Of a DNA stretch of 64,000 nucleotides, positions 13,714-24,900 are shown piece after piece. The notes beneath the pieces are model-generated. The model was not told the DNA's origin and ran no database searches. It saw only the letters and a program-made list of their open reading frames with translations. The DNA lies in the NCBI GenBank assembly GCA_025558095.1, contig JAIVFI010000025.1, positions 310,001-374,000 of the forward strand, written 5' to 3'. The position numbers were made by a program, and so were the translations under genes. The stretch comes from Hyaloraphidium curvatum SAG 235-1. Its lineage: Eukaryota; Fungi; Monoblepharomycota. The number at the start of each line of letters is the position of its first letter. Position 1 is the first letter of the stretch.

Positions 13714-15269
13714 ATGGCGGACCTCACCGCGCTAGTGATCAAGGCGACGGACGAGACGAACACGTCCGAGGACTGGGGCACCATCGTCGACATCATGGAC
13801 CGCGCGCGGGGCAGCGACGAGCGGTGAGTTCCGCGCGCGCCTTCCGCGCCCCGCTGACCCGCGAAGGTGCCGCGCCGTCGTGCGCGCGCTCGTCGACCGG
13901 CTGGCGAGCCGCAACGGCAACGTGGGCGGCGCCTCTGCCGCCCCTCACCCCCTGACCCCTGACCCCCCCGACCCGCGCAGGTCGTGATGTACGCCGTCGT
14001 CGTCGCCGACTCGCTCGTCAAGAACTGCGGGCCCGCCGGCCAGAAGGAGGTCGCGTCGCGGTGGGCCGCCCGTCGCTCGGCCTGGCGCCGGGCTGAACCC
14101 CCTGCAGCGCTTTCCTGGACGCGCTGGTGAAGCGCATCGCAGACCGCGACTTGCACGACTCGCTGCGCCAGCGGATCCTGGACAACATCCAGCAGTGGGC
14201 GACCGCCATGAAGGCGGACCCGTCGCTGGGCTACATGGCGGACGTGTACGGCTCCCTCAAGGCCCAGGGTTACCGCTTCCCGGAGGCAGCAGCGGCCCCG
14301 GCGCCGGGGTCGAAGCCGGCTGCCGCCTTCGCGCCGCCAAAGAGCGCGCCAAAGACGACAAAGGAGGAGGAGGACGAGGAGCTGCAGCTGGCGGTGGGAT
14401 CTATTCCAGCCACTGCGGCGCCCTCAAGTACTGACGTTCCTCCGGCGGGCCAGCTGGCTCTTTCGCTGTCCGAGTTCGAGTCTCGGGCGTCCTCGACGAG
14501 CAACGTGGCAAGTCGGGCCCCCGTGCGGGAATCCGCAGCACCAGTAGCGCCCAAGGTGGACCGCCTCTACCACTCCTGCCAACTCCGGCTCTGACCGGCC
14601 CCCGATCCTGCAGCCCTCCTCCCGCGTCCTGTTCCAGGTCCGCGCCCTGTACGATTTCGCCGGCGACGCCTCGCAGGGCGAGCTCTCCCTCACCCGCGGC
14701 GACATTGTCGACGTGACCGACACCACCTTCAAGGACTGGTGGCGGGGCGAGCTCCGCGGCGCGGGTGCCTCGGGCGTGTTCCCGCAAAACTACACGGAAA
14801 AGATCAGGGAGGAGCCCAAGGTGGACCTGAACCTGGAGCGCGAGGTGCTCGAGGGGAGCAGGAACGTGGAGCTGTTCCTCAAGGTCCTCGGGGAGGTGGA
14901 CCCAAGGAACGAGAACCTGAGCGAGAACGAGAAGCTGCAGGAGCGGTACAGGGACATGCTCATCATGCGGCCAAAGGTCATCAAGCTGATCGAGTTCTAC
15001 AGCCGGAGAAAGGGTGGGTTATCTGCCGCGGTCGCGACCGTCCAGCGCTCACGCGGAGGCGTTTAGACGAGCTCCTGGCCCTGAGCGAACAGTTCTCAAA
15101 GGCCCAGCAATCCTACCAGAGCTTGCTCCAGGGAGCTCTCGCGCAGCACCGCTCGGCGTCCTACTACAGCGCCGCACCGGCCGGACCGCCCCCGCCGGGT
15201 CACGAGTATGGGGCGCCACCGCCACAGCAGTATGATTACGGTTACCAACAACAATACCCGAGCTATTGA
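13714..15269 (+). CDS. HSE1: ESCRT-0 subunit Hse1/STAM (VHS-UIM-SH3-coiled coil)
   Basis: VHS KATDETNTSEDWG, LVKNCG; UIM EEEDEELQLALALSL; SH3 VRALYDF...GELSL..GDIV...DWWRG...GVFPQNY. Confidence 0.9.
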
Positions 15270-15323
15270 GCCCTGTAGCGCTCCACCCTCTGTGTCGTTC
15301 AACCATGTGCAATGAATCCTCTA

Positions 15324-17714
15324 CTACCTGACCTGCTGCGGGGCGAACCTGTCGAAAGTGTTCCTCACACCGGTAGCCCGACTCGCCGGCTGCGGTTTGA
15401 GTCCGAGGTCCGGCTTGTCCGCCGGACCGTTGGGAGAGTTGCCCGACGTGGGCGTCCCCGAGAGCGTCTCGGTCTCGACCAAGATATCGTCCGTCTCGAG
15501 GTTGCTCTCGTCCAAGAACCGCTGGCTGCTGCTGTAGACGCGCTTCCGTCCGGATTGCTGGCTCTGCGGGACCACTCCCGACGGGGTGGACGAAGGCTTG
15601 GCAGCACGGATGGCGCTGACGTCAAACGTTGCGCCCGGGGATTTGGAGGAGTAGAAGGATGTGTTGAGGGGCTTGCTGCTAGCTGCGGACGCAGCCGCGG
15701 GCTTGCTGAGGGGAACACTAGGCGACCCGAAAGGATCGCCCAGGGGCGAGAGAATGGCTGCGGCATTGTATGCCGGCTGGCCGCCGCTGGCCTTGAGGAA
15801 TCTGATCACGAATTGATAAGCGGGCGTTCGCCGCAGCCAGCGGGAACACTTACGCCGGGGTTGATGGAAGATCCTTGAGCATCTTGGCCGTCTCCAGCTT
15901 CCTCTTTTCCTCCAGGACCTCCTCCTTCTCACGCTGCAACGAAAGGGTCGTAAACGAAACTCCCGGTCCCGCCGCTGCAGTGCAACCCACTTGCAGCTTG
16001 AGCCTCTCCTGGCCCATGCGAATCGCTGCTTCGGCAAAGCGCTTTCGCTCCTCGTCGAATTGAGAGCGAAGCTTCTCGAGCTCGGCCTGCTCGCGCTTGA
16101 GCTCGCCTGCCAACCTGGCAACTGCGGATCAGCTTTGCATTCGGGCAAAGCCGACAGCGCAGCTCACTCTTCCATGGTGTCCCGCTTGCTGTGCGTTTCA
16201 TTAGAAGTCACTGCGAGGTCGAGGAGTTCTTGCTGCTGCCTCGTGACGACCTTGGCCGCAGCTTTACGTGACAGCTCCGTCAATGCCCGAATGAAAAACT
16301 CCGAACACGGACACCAACCAAGCTGAGCCTCGAGCTCCTTGATTTGGCGAGCGTTTTCAGCGAGCTTCCGGGTGCTCTCCTCGGAGGTGTCGACGCGGTT
16401 CTTTTCCGACTCCATGGCGGTGAAGATGCGATCGTAGCAGGACTCCAGCAGCTCCCGTATCTTGGCTTCCAGAGTCGACTGCACGAGCTCGAGCGCAATT
16501 TGGAAACGACCCTGGTCGGCATCGGCCGCCGGATCGGTGAGGTCCACCGCGTCCAGGTTCCCCTGCTCGTCCATGCTGAAGGTCGTCGAGTCTCTGGGCA
16601 GCTCGAGGCCGACGGCGATCTGCTGGAGATCCGAGTAGATGGAAAACAGCAACCGCCTGAGCGCCAGATTCTCCTGCAGAACCTCCTGTTCCCTCTCCTC
16701 GTAATTCGCAATGACGACCCGGTACATGTCGTCCTCCGGCTGTTTTCTCCGTCAACGTTATTGCGCATGGCAACAACGGCACGCTGACCCACGTCCTGCT
16801 CGTGAAGAGTGGCCGACGAGCTTGCTTTCGGCAGCGCGTTCAAGCATCGGATGGCCGGCCGCTTGACACCTCCTGCGGTGCGGTCGTTCGACGCCTTGTT
16901 TATCCGGTCTTTCAGCTTCTCGTTCTCCCGTTCCTTCTTCCGCAGCTCGTGCTAGGTCCCGTGTTAGTCGTTCCGACGCCGCGTCACCGGGCAGGCCTAC
17001 CTGGCACTGCTGCTTGACGTGCTGGAGATTGTTGCGGGCCACTTTGAGCTCCTCCCTGGTCAAGCTGTGCTTGATATTCGACTCCTGCAGCTGCTTCTGA
17101 GCAAGGCTGGTGGACACGTAAGACGGAGCGTGGCCGAACCGGGTCCCGCGGCTCACCTCAGCTTCGACCCCAGACTCTCCACCTCTCGCTCCAACGACTC
17201 CAGCTTGGACTTTGTGCGATTCTGGCGGCATAATAAGCTGCGCCTTCGCCGTTCTCAGATACCGCCTACGCACGTGGGTCTCCGTGAGCGCGTCGTTGTC
17301 GCTGCTCAGCTTCCGCAGCCGGTCCACCAAGCCTTCCTGCGCCGTGACATCACGCTGAGTGTCCCACATTATCAGAAACAATACAAATGAGACACAGAGA
17401 AGTCGTCCGACCTGGTGTTGTTGCAGCATGGCAAACAGGCAGTCGATGACCTTCCGGTTGTCGTCGTTGTTGCTTTCCTCCCCCTTGTAGAGCTTCAAAG
17501 GCGAAGGAAACCCGGACGCCGCCAGCTCTCGGTTGAGAAAATCGCATGTCGCGCTCAGCGAGTAGGCCGTGGCAGCTTCGTCGTCGCCGGAAGGATCCCT
17601 GGGCCACCGCGTCGGTTCCGCGCTCCCGCGGCGCGCCGGTTCCCCTCACATGCGGTCAAGCTTCGCCGCCGCGGTCATTCGTGGACGTCGCAAATCCAAA
17701 TCGAGCGACGCCAT
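15324..17714 (-). CDS. Afadin/alpha-actinin-binding (ADIP/SSX2IP/Msd1-like) coiled-coil protein
   Basis: FLNRELAASGFPSPL...VIDCLFAMLQQ N-terminus, long heptad coiled coils, QFDEERKRFAEAAIRMGQER motif typical of this family. Confidence 0.65.
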
Positions 17715-18239
17715 TGGGCTCGCTCTTGGGGGTGTGGACTCTCGGAATTCGGCGAGATGAAGCAGACTCTTCATATTCGGCGCCGGCATTCATCAGTCAA
17801 CCCATACATGCTCTCCGGAACCCAAGACCTTGGAGGTGCTTATCCCGATGAAGGAGCAAGAAAGGAAAGCCTCGCCGTGGATCCCTCTCGCGCTTTCACG
17901 GCGGTTCCTAGTCGGTGTCGAGTCCGCGTCTGAGCCGACACTCCTTTGCCCAGTCCGACGCTCTCCCGGCGTGCAGTGACTGGGTATTCAAGCAGGAACC
18001 GCCACAGGCCCATGCAGGAGACCAGAGTCCCGAGGCAGTGGGTTGAACCATCAAGCTATCATGGTGGTGCGTCGCCACCAAGCGAGTTCACGGGACACAA
18101 TCGACCACAATTGGAGCTCAAACCCGGCTTCCAAAAGGCACGCCTCGGGGAAGAACTCGGCCGACTGTCCGGATCGCGTGGCTGCAGACCCAAATGTTCG
18201 ACCTCGGCTGCCGCTGACGACCAGCCGCGGCGACTTCCT

Positions 18240-18770
18240 TCAGGGGGGCGGAGGTGTGTAGGGGAGCTGCTCCTGGATGATCTCCAGCATCCGATTGACT
18301 TCCTCTTCGACGAAACGGCCCTCGCAGTTCTCGATGATGCTGTAGAGATCGATTTGTTCAGTGGGCCGGAAGTTCAGGATCTGCAGCTTCTCCAGCTTCG
18401 TCAGCTTGAACTCCTTCATGTGCTCCAGGAAGGAAAGAATGATCTGCTCGCTCTGCTGCGCACAGGGTCTCTTGGCAAGGTACTTCCGCAGCTTCGGGCA
18501 CGACGTGTGAATAGGCGCGTCGCGGGGAAGTCTCCGGCTCCACGCACTTGGTAGTCAATAGACTGGAGGTCTCCAGAGTCCTCGTCCTTCTTCTCCTTCG
18601 CCTTCTCCCGCTTGTCGCGCCCCTTGCCATCGCGAGACTCCTTGAGCTCCCGGAGGAAATCGAACACTTCGTAGTCCGAAACTGTCGCGGGAGAGCCAAA
18701 TGAGCGGGTGCCGGGGCCGTGGCGGGATCGTGGCCGTACGGAACGCCGCTTGGACGTCGTCAATCTCCAT
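18240..18770 (-). CDS. RPC17: RNA polymerase III subunit C17/Rpc9 (Rpb4/HRDC-like)
   Basis: MEIDDVQAAF/LSDYEVFDFL...LQSIDYQ...FKLTKLEKLQILNFRPTEQIDLYSIIENCEGRF; TGA at 18240-18242. Confidence 0.85.
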
Positions 18771-18905
18771 CGCAGAGGTAACGCAGTAAGTGGCTACACA
18801 CATATGGAATGCTACTTGCCACCAAAAAGGCGGTCCTCTCGGACTCCACCTCGATCAAGCCCACAATCGGGCACAGGCGAGGGCTCGCACCACCCGCCAA
18901 TTTGT
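18771..18905 (-). ncRNA. Candidate Fanzor omegaRNA (scaffold at element 3' end plus flank-derived guide)
   Basis: Stem-loops at 18827-18852 (GAGGUG-GA-GUCC-GAGA-GGAC-CGCCUU, GNRA tetraloop), 18859-18872 and 18877-18888; position matches TnpB/Fanzor guide RNA loci; boundaries are guesses. Confidence 0.45.
18793..18819. repeat. Left imperfect terminal inverted repeat GCTACACACATATGGAATGCTACTTGC
   Basis: Matches the reverse complement of 27416-27442 with two identical 7-mers (CACACAT, TGCTACT) at identical spacing. Confidence 0.6.
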
Positions 18906-21900
18906 AGAGAAGAAAGATAAGAAGACCCACGGCCGGGGCCGTCCAGCCTGACCTTCTTGGCAGAGCCGCGTCCCCGCGCCACCGCACCAGGACGCTTGGG
19001 CACGGTGGGAACGGATCCGGTCTGAAGAGTGGTGCCTGCAACGCCATCAGCTCACACGCTCCAAAGCGAGCAAAATCAGCGTACCAGCGGACTTCGCGGC
19101 CGGCTTCGACGGCTTGCGCCTCCTGGTGTCAGGCTTGAACGGCCAGGGGCGCTCGCCACCGGTAGCGATCGCGAACCAGAACAGGTACCCGATGGACCGA
19201 CAGCTGTTGACGTCCCTCATCCAGTACGTGCGACAGGTCGGGCAGTACTTGGCGCCCCGGATCTCGCCACGGCACCCGGGGTTGGTGATGGGGACAACGT
19301 AGGTCGTCAGGCACCTGCCGAGAGGGCGATCAATGCCGCGAAATCAGGCGCGAAGTACGAGGGAAAACTCACTTTGAACACATCTGGCTCGTCAGGTACT
19401 CGTTGATCAAAACGAGGATTCCAACGGCCGCGAGCGCGGCCCTGAACTGCACAATCCGAGAAGCCGGACCGCCCTTGCTTGCGTGACCAAAGCGGGCGGC
19501 GCCATAGGCGAAGGTGGTCTGGGAATCGAACTTGCCCGAGTACGGGTTGCGACACAGGTCGCGGGCGATCCAGTCGAGCACCTGCCGACGCCTCCGGATG
19601 GTACGGACGCGGTCGCGGCTGCAAAAGAAGGCGTCAGGAAGGCTGCATCCCAATCACGCAGGCTGGCCGTGAACAAACCATATCTCATCATTGCAGTAGA
19701 ACTTGACGACGGAGCAGAGCTCCTTCGTGATGGCATGGGCGTACTTGCGAAACTGCTCGCAGCTCGTCGTCCGCTGCGAAGGCAGTGCCGATTCCCAAGC
19801 CTCGATTGTCAGGCCGGAGGGGAGGGTGTGCGACTTGCGCAGCGACGCCAGTTTCCTAGAAGCGTGCTGGTAACCACACATCCGGCGATCGAGGTCCCCA
19901 GGCACGCCGAGAATGAGCTCCGGAAGCTGGCGGACGCCGGCGCGCCCAAAGCCGGCGATACCACCCCAGAACCTGTCCCCGTCGGCATCGGACCCGCCGT
20001 CGGGGTTGGGGAAAAGCGTCCAGTTCCGTTCGGCCTTCCGCAGCTTCTCGTCGCGGTTCGCATGCCCGCGGTTGGTCGGGCGGTGAGCCGAGAGCTTGGC
20101 GGCGCCGTCCGGGTGGTGTCGGCAGCGGATGTTGCGCGGCGCCGCCTGCGTCGCCCGCGCAACGCGGGCCGTCTCGTCGCAGGAGTGTTCGAGCCGGATG
20201 TCCTTGATGCGGCCCGCAGAGATGCACCCCTTGGGCACGTTGGCGCGCACAAGAATGTATGTCGATGTGGTGCCGTCCGGGTTGGTGACGACGATCTTCT
20301 CCGAAAGCTCGGGTAGGTGGGTGTTGGCGAAGTCGAACCGTCTCCCCGGGCCGGGGTCCAGGCAGCGGGCCACAAACGCGGGTGCAAGTCGTCGACCGCC
20401 CTGCATATAGAACCAGCGATTTGGATCGCAAAAGACAACGCCACCAGAAACGGGAAGGCCCCGTTGGGCGGCATCCCACATCTCCTCTTCCGTTGCCATT
20501 GTTAGGAAGTGCGGCATTAGCTTCTCCGCGTCCGCCTTCCGGCTAAAGTTGTAGCACGGTATAGAGGTCTTCCAGTCAACAGGCGGACGAGGTATCGATG
20601 AGCACGTAGAGCGAGGGTGCGGTGGGAGAGGAGCGGAGGTTGGAGGCTGAGCAGGGGCAGGTGGAGAAGAGGGCGGAAGCGGAGAAGATCCTGCGGCACC
20701 CACAGGCGAGGCCGTCGGGATGGGAAGAGGAGGCGGAGGAGCGAGGGTGGGAGTGAAGGAGGATGGAGACTCGGAAGGTACCGATGTGGAGGAGTTCGGT
20801 GATGTTGCGGGTGGGGGTTCGGGGGGGATGGAGGCGGGAGGCGGGAGCCCGATCCAATCCTGATCCACGTCCATCCACGTGAAAGGAGTCGAGTCGGGAT
20901 CTACCAGCAAGTGCTCGGCATCGTCGGTAATGGCGGGCGGGGGGAAGAAGACGGTCCCGCCAGCATGGAGCCAGCCGTGAGCTTGAAGATGAACACATCA
21001 GCAGCGCTGAGTGCAGCGGCAAGGATGACATACCATCAACGACGGCCATGCCCGGCGGGGGGTCCGGAGCACCGTGCGGAAGGGTGGGCACGAGGACCGC
21101 GGGCATCCCGAACGAATCTTGGGCCGAAAAGTCGTGCCAGTGGGCGTGCTGTTCTGGCTCCGTACACTCCCAACACGGCTCGGGCGATGGCGCGCTGAGG
21201 AAGACTGTTGGGAAGCAGGTTAGGCGCGGAAGCTCCGATGAAAGAACGGGGACCTACAATCCAAGGGCGGCGTCACTTTGGGCTCAGATTCCGTCCACTG
21301 CTGCTGCGGTGCCTTCGGCTTCGAAGCCCTGGGCACGACGGCCATGTGCTCCTCGACAATGGCAAAGGTTGGGCCACGAAGAACCATGCCAGCAATGCAC
21401 GAGCAGTGCAGCGCATCGCCCGACCGGCGAAGGGTCGGCCGTGAGGCGTCCGCGTGCCCTGCCGGGGAGCGCTTCCCCTCCTGATGGAGGCGGAAAAGAC
21501 GCTCGTCCTGAACAATTTTGTTGCCATTGTTGAACAGGTGTCCAAACAGGTAATCGGGGTTGATCTTGGCCACGTCCGGTGCCAAGGGGCCGAGCTTAAC
21601 ACCGAGCATCTTGAAGAGGTCGGGCAGATCGCTCGCGGTTATGTACAGGGCTATGGGGGTGAGGGAAATCCTGGTCAAGAGCGGCCGGATCCCGCCCGCG
21701 GCCCAGGTCCCTCCGGTGGTGCCGCCTTGGGTCCTTGACTGCTGTTGTTCATGAAACGTATCAGAATGACGACCTCACCACGGGAGAGAACGCGTCACCC
21801 ACGCTCTTCTCCCCGCTCCCTCCGGCCGCGCTGGACCATCGGCGAGCCGCCACACGTGACTTCCCCAATCGCTTCTTCACCTTGCCCTCGGGCGACAGCG

Positions 21901-24900
21901 GCGCCCGCTTCTTCCCCGTCGTGACGTAGCCATGGAATCGCTTGGGTGCCCCGTTCTTCGGCCACGGCTTGGGGTCCACTCGGATCGGTCGGCCCTTTTT
22001 CGACTTCTGCTTCCCGCCGCCGATCGTGGGGAAGTCGTCAGCAGCCTCAACATTGCCGTCTTCCGAGTCGGAGCACTCCATGTCCGCGCAAAGCAGGTCC
22101 ACGGCGGCACTTCCGCGGAACAGAGTCGCAGAGGGTCCACCACCCTCCGCCTCGTTCGCAGGGTCAACGTCCATTGCGGCCTCGGTGGTGAAGCTGGCGG
22201 CGACGCGCCGAGCGCTGTCCGCCGCACTCGATGATGAAGGTGTCGGTGTCGAGCTTTGCGGCAAGGCCGTCGGGCTTGGTTCAGATCCGGTCGAGGCAAC
22301 GCTTGACGATCGCCGCATCTTGAGCCTCGCGATCTGCTCCTCCCGCAGCCGCATAGTCTGAAAGAGAGCCTCGGAGCCAAACGCGTCCGCGTCCGCGCAT
22401 TTGCCCGTCTGCGCGAGGCGAAGTTCAGCTGTGCTCAGCTGACGCGCCCTCTGCCTCTCATCGAGCAGCTCCCTCTCGTAGCGCTGCAACAGCGCCTCCT
22501 TGTCCAGGCCCTCCGTCCACTCCGGCCCCCAAAAGCGGCTCTTTGTGGGGTGGATGCCAACCCCCTGCACGGAGGGGATCTCGACGGGGATGCCACGCAA
22601 CTGCAGCTTGTCAGCCACATACGTCTCGACCAGTTCGTGCCGCTCCTCCTCCTGCAGTTGCCTGATCGCTTCAGGCGGCATCCGGCGGAGTTCGGCTTGG
22701 GCCCGGTCGCGCAGATCCAGCAGGTACGCCGCCTTTGCGTCCTCCTCGTCCTGCGACTTGCCGCGCGCCTTCTGCGGCGATATGGCGACGCTGCGGATAC
22801 GCGTCGCCATCGCCGACCGCTTCAGCTCCACGTCCCGCTTCCTCAGCGAAAGCATCACGCGCTGTAGGACAGTCGCTGGCCATTTTGGCCGGTCGCGGGG
22901 CTCCCGCAGGTCCATGATCGTATTCAGCGAGCGTCCGGATAGCGGCAGGAGTAGCCAGGTCAGGCGAAGCCGAGCCTCCGCGTCAAACTCGGGGCTGCAG
23001 CCAAAGGCCGCGAAGCTGGTGCCGAAAAAGTTCGTATCACCCGTCCCGAGCTTGGCCAGCACGCAGCGCAAGATGTGGCCAATCTTTTGCCGCTTCACGG
23101 CGTTGTCCAGCTCCTCCTTCAGGAAGGTGCGGATCAGGTCCGAAAGCTCCTTGCGCAGCTGGATGGGGACGGTGCGGAGGCGTCCTGCGGCAAGATTCCT
23201 GAAGTAACCGAGCAGCGGGCCGCGCAGCAGGTAGTGGTGCCAGTCGGCAAACTCGGAAGCCAGGTCCGGCCTCAGCTCGTGGTAGGCGTCGGTGACTACC
23301 GCCCGCAGAACCGCAGCCGCCGCGTTATGCTCCTCCACGGAGAGGGTGCCGGGACCGTCAAAAACCTCGCCGTCGTCGGCCATCCCGTCGCCACCGAAGC
23401 CGGCGCCCAGAGCTTCCAGCGCGTGTTCAGGTCCGTCGGCTTCCCCCTCGCCGGCCAGGAAGTCCGCGAACCCGGCGTATTCACCGAAATCTCCGCCCTC
23501 CTCTTCTTCTTCCCCATCTTCGGCAGCGGGCTCGTCATCGTCCTCCGCCATTTCCGTGACCGTGCCGAGTCCCGCGCCAGTTGCGGTGATCTCCACGCCC
23601 GGATCCGTGCCGATGTCCCCGCGCGGCTTCTTCCTCCGGCGTGTGCCTGCGTTGGCGTTTAGCGCCCCCTCGTTCAAAACCACCAGCATCGCCATGTTCG
23701 CTACGACGGAAGGTGGGAACTTGCGCAGGATGGCAGGGGGAACGGAGCGGTTGTCCAGCAGACCGTTGTATACTGCCAGCATCGCCGAGGTCCAGACGAG
23801 CTTTGCAAAGGACGCCGCACCGGTTGCGGCGCGGGAAATGAGCAGCCCCACGCTCTTGAGCGGCTCGATCGCCCAGGGGTGGAGGGCCTCCTCGGGCAAG
23901 AACCAGGTTGTCGACATGGCGCGCTCGGTCACGTGCCGCTCGTGCTCCGCATCCCCGACGGCCTTGTACGCATTCTCCGCAGCTTGCCGCAAAGCCGGCC
24001 GGCATCCTCGCCGGTGTCCCCGGGTTGTCGACAGGCAGAGGTGGCACCTGGGCTCCTTTGCCGCGCAACCTTCGTCCTTCGCCCCGTCTACGTCCATCGC
24101 CGTTGCTCCGGCGGCAGCACTCTCCGCTTCCGTTGCTTGAGTGCGGCAGGCGTGCGGCACAATGTAGTTGACCTGGGCGAGCAGCAGTCCGCGCCGTGAT
24201 GTGAAGGCCCGGGGGATGACGAGGCTGGGACAGCGAGGATGAGTAATGACCCCGTGTGGATCTCTTGCGGAGACCTACTGGAGAGGAGCATCTGCATGCT
24301 GGGTTTCCACGTGTTCCCGGTACTTGGCCTCGAACGCAAACGTGACACGCCTGCCGTCTTTGCGGCAGATCTGGCACGTAAAGTGCTTCCCCGCGACGTG
24401 ATGCCCGAGCCGCACGCCAGCGTCGTACTGGCGCTGATCCGACGACTTGCCGGCCGTAGCGCCGTTCGCGTCCTTTCTCTTCCGCTCCGGGTTCCGAGCC
24501 GGCACCCGGCCCTCGACCGCCACTGTGAAGGGACAATAAAGGCATCCGAGGGAACAGATGTCGACGCGCTTGGCGTCAAAGGCCTTTTCGAGCGCGTCCA
24601 ACTTCAGGTGGAACGCGACGCTCGCGCGACGGGCGGCGTCGCTGACAGGGTTCACGAGCGAATCGAACCCCCAATAGTCCAGCAAATGGTCGCGCATCGG
24701 GTGGCCAGAAAAGATCAACTCAAACAGGACCGAGCGCCCCTCCTCTCCGTGCACAGCAGCCAAAGCCTTGTCGAAGAACGAGCCGAGGTCCGCGTCCGCC
24801 CTTTCGCTCACGCCTCTTAGCCCCTTCGTGGGCTGGAAGATCTCGTAGAAGGTCAGCGGCTGCGAGGAGTGCACCGTCAGCCCAGAATGCTGGAGCTGGA

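Noticed and set aside
18795-18796. TA immediately before CACACAT as a classical Tc1/mariner TSD
   Set aside because: The equivalent position at the other end is CG (27439-27440); the symmetric TAAGTG repeat fits better, though TA is not fully excluded
19047-24874. Treating ORFs 24275-24874, 21761-24160, 21220-21678, 19654-20910 and 19369-19653 as independent genes or pseudogene fragments
   Set aside because: They lack ATG starts and each boundary coincides with a frame-restoring GT-AG intron
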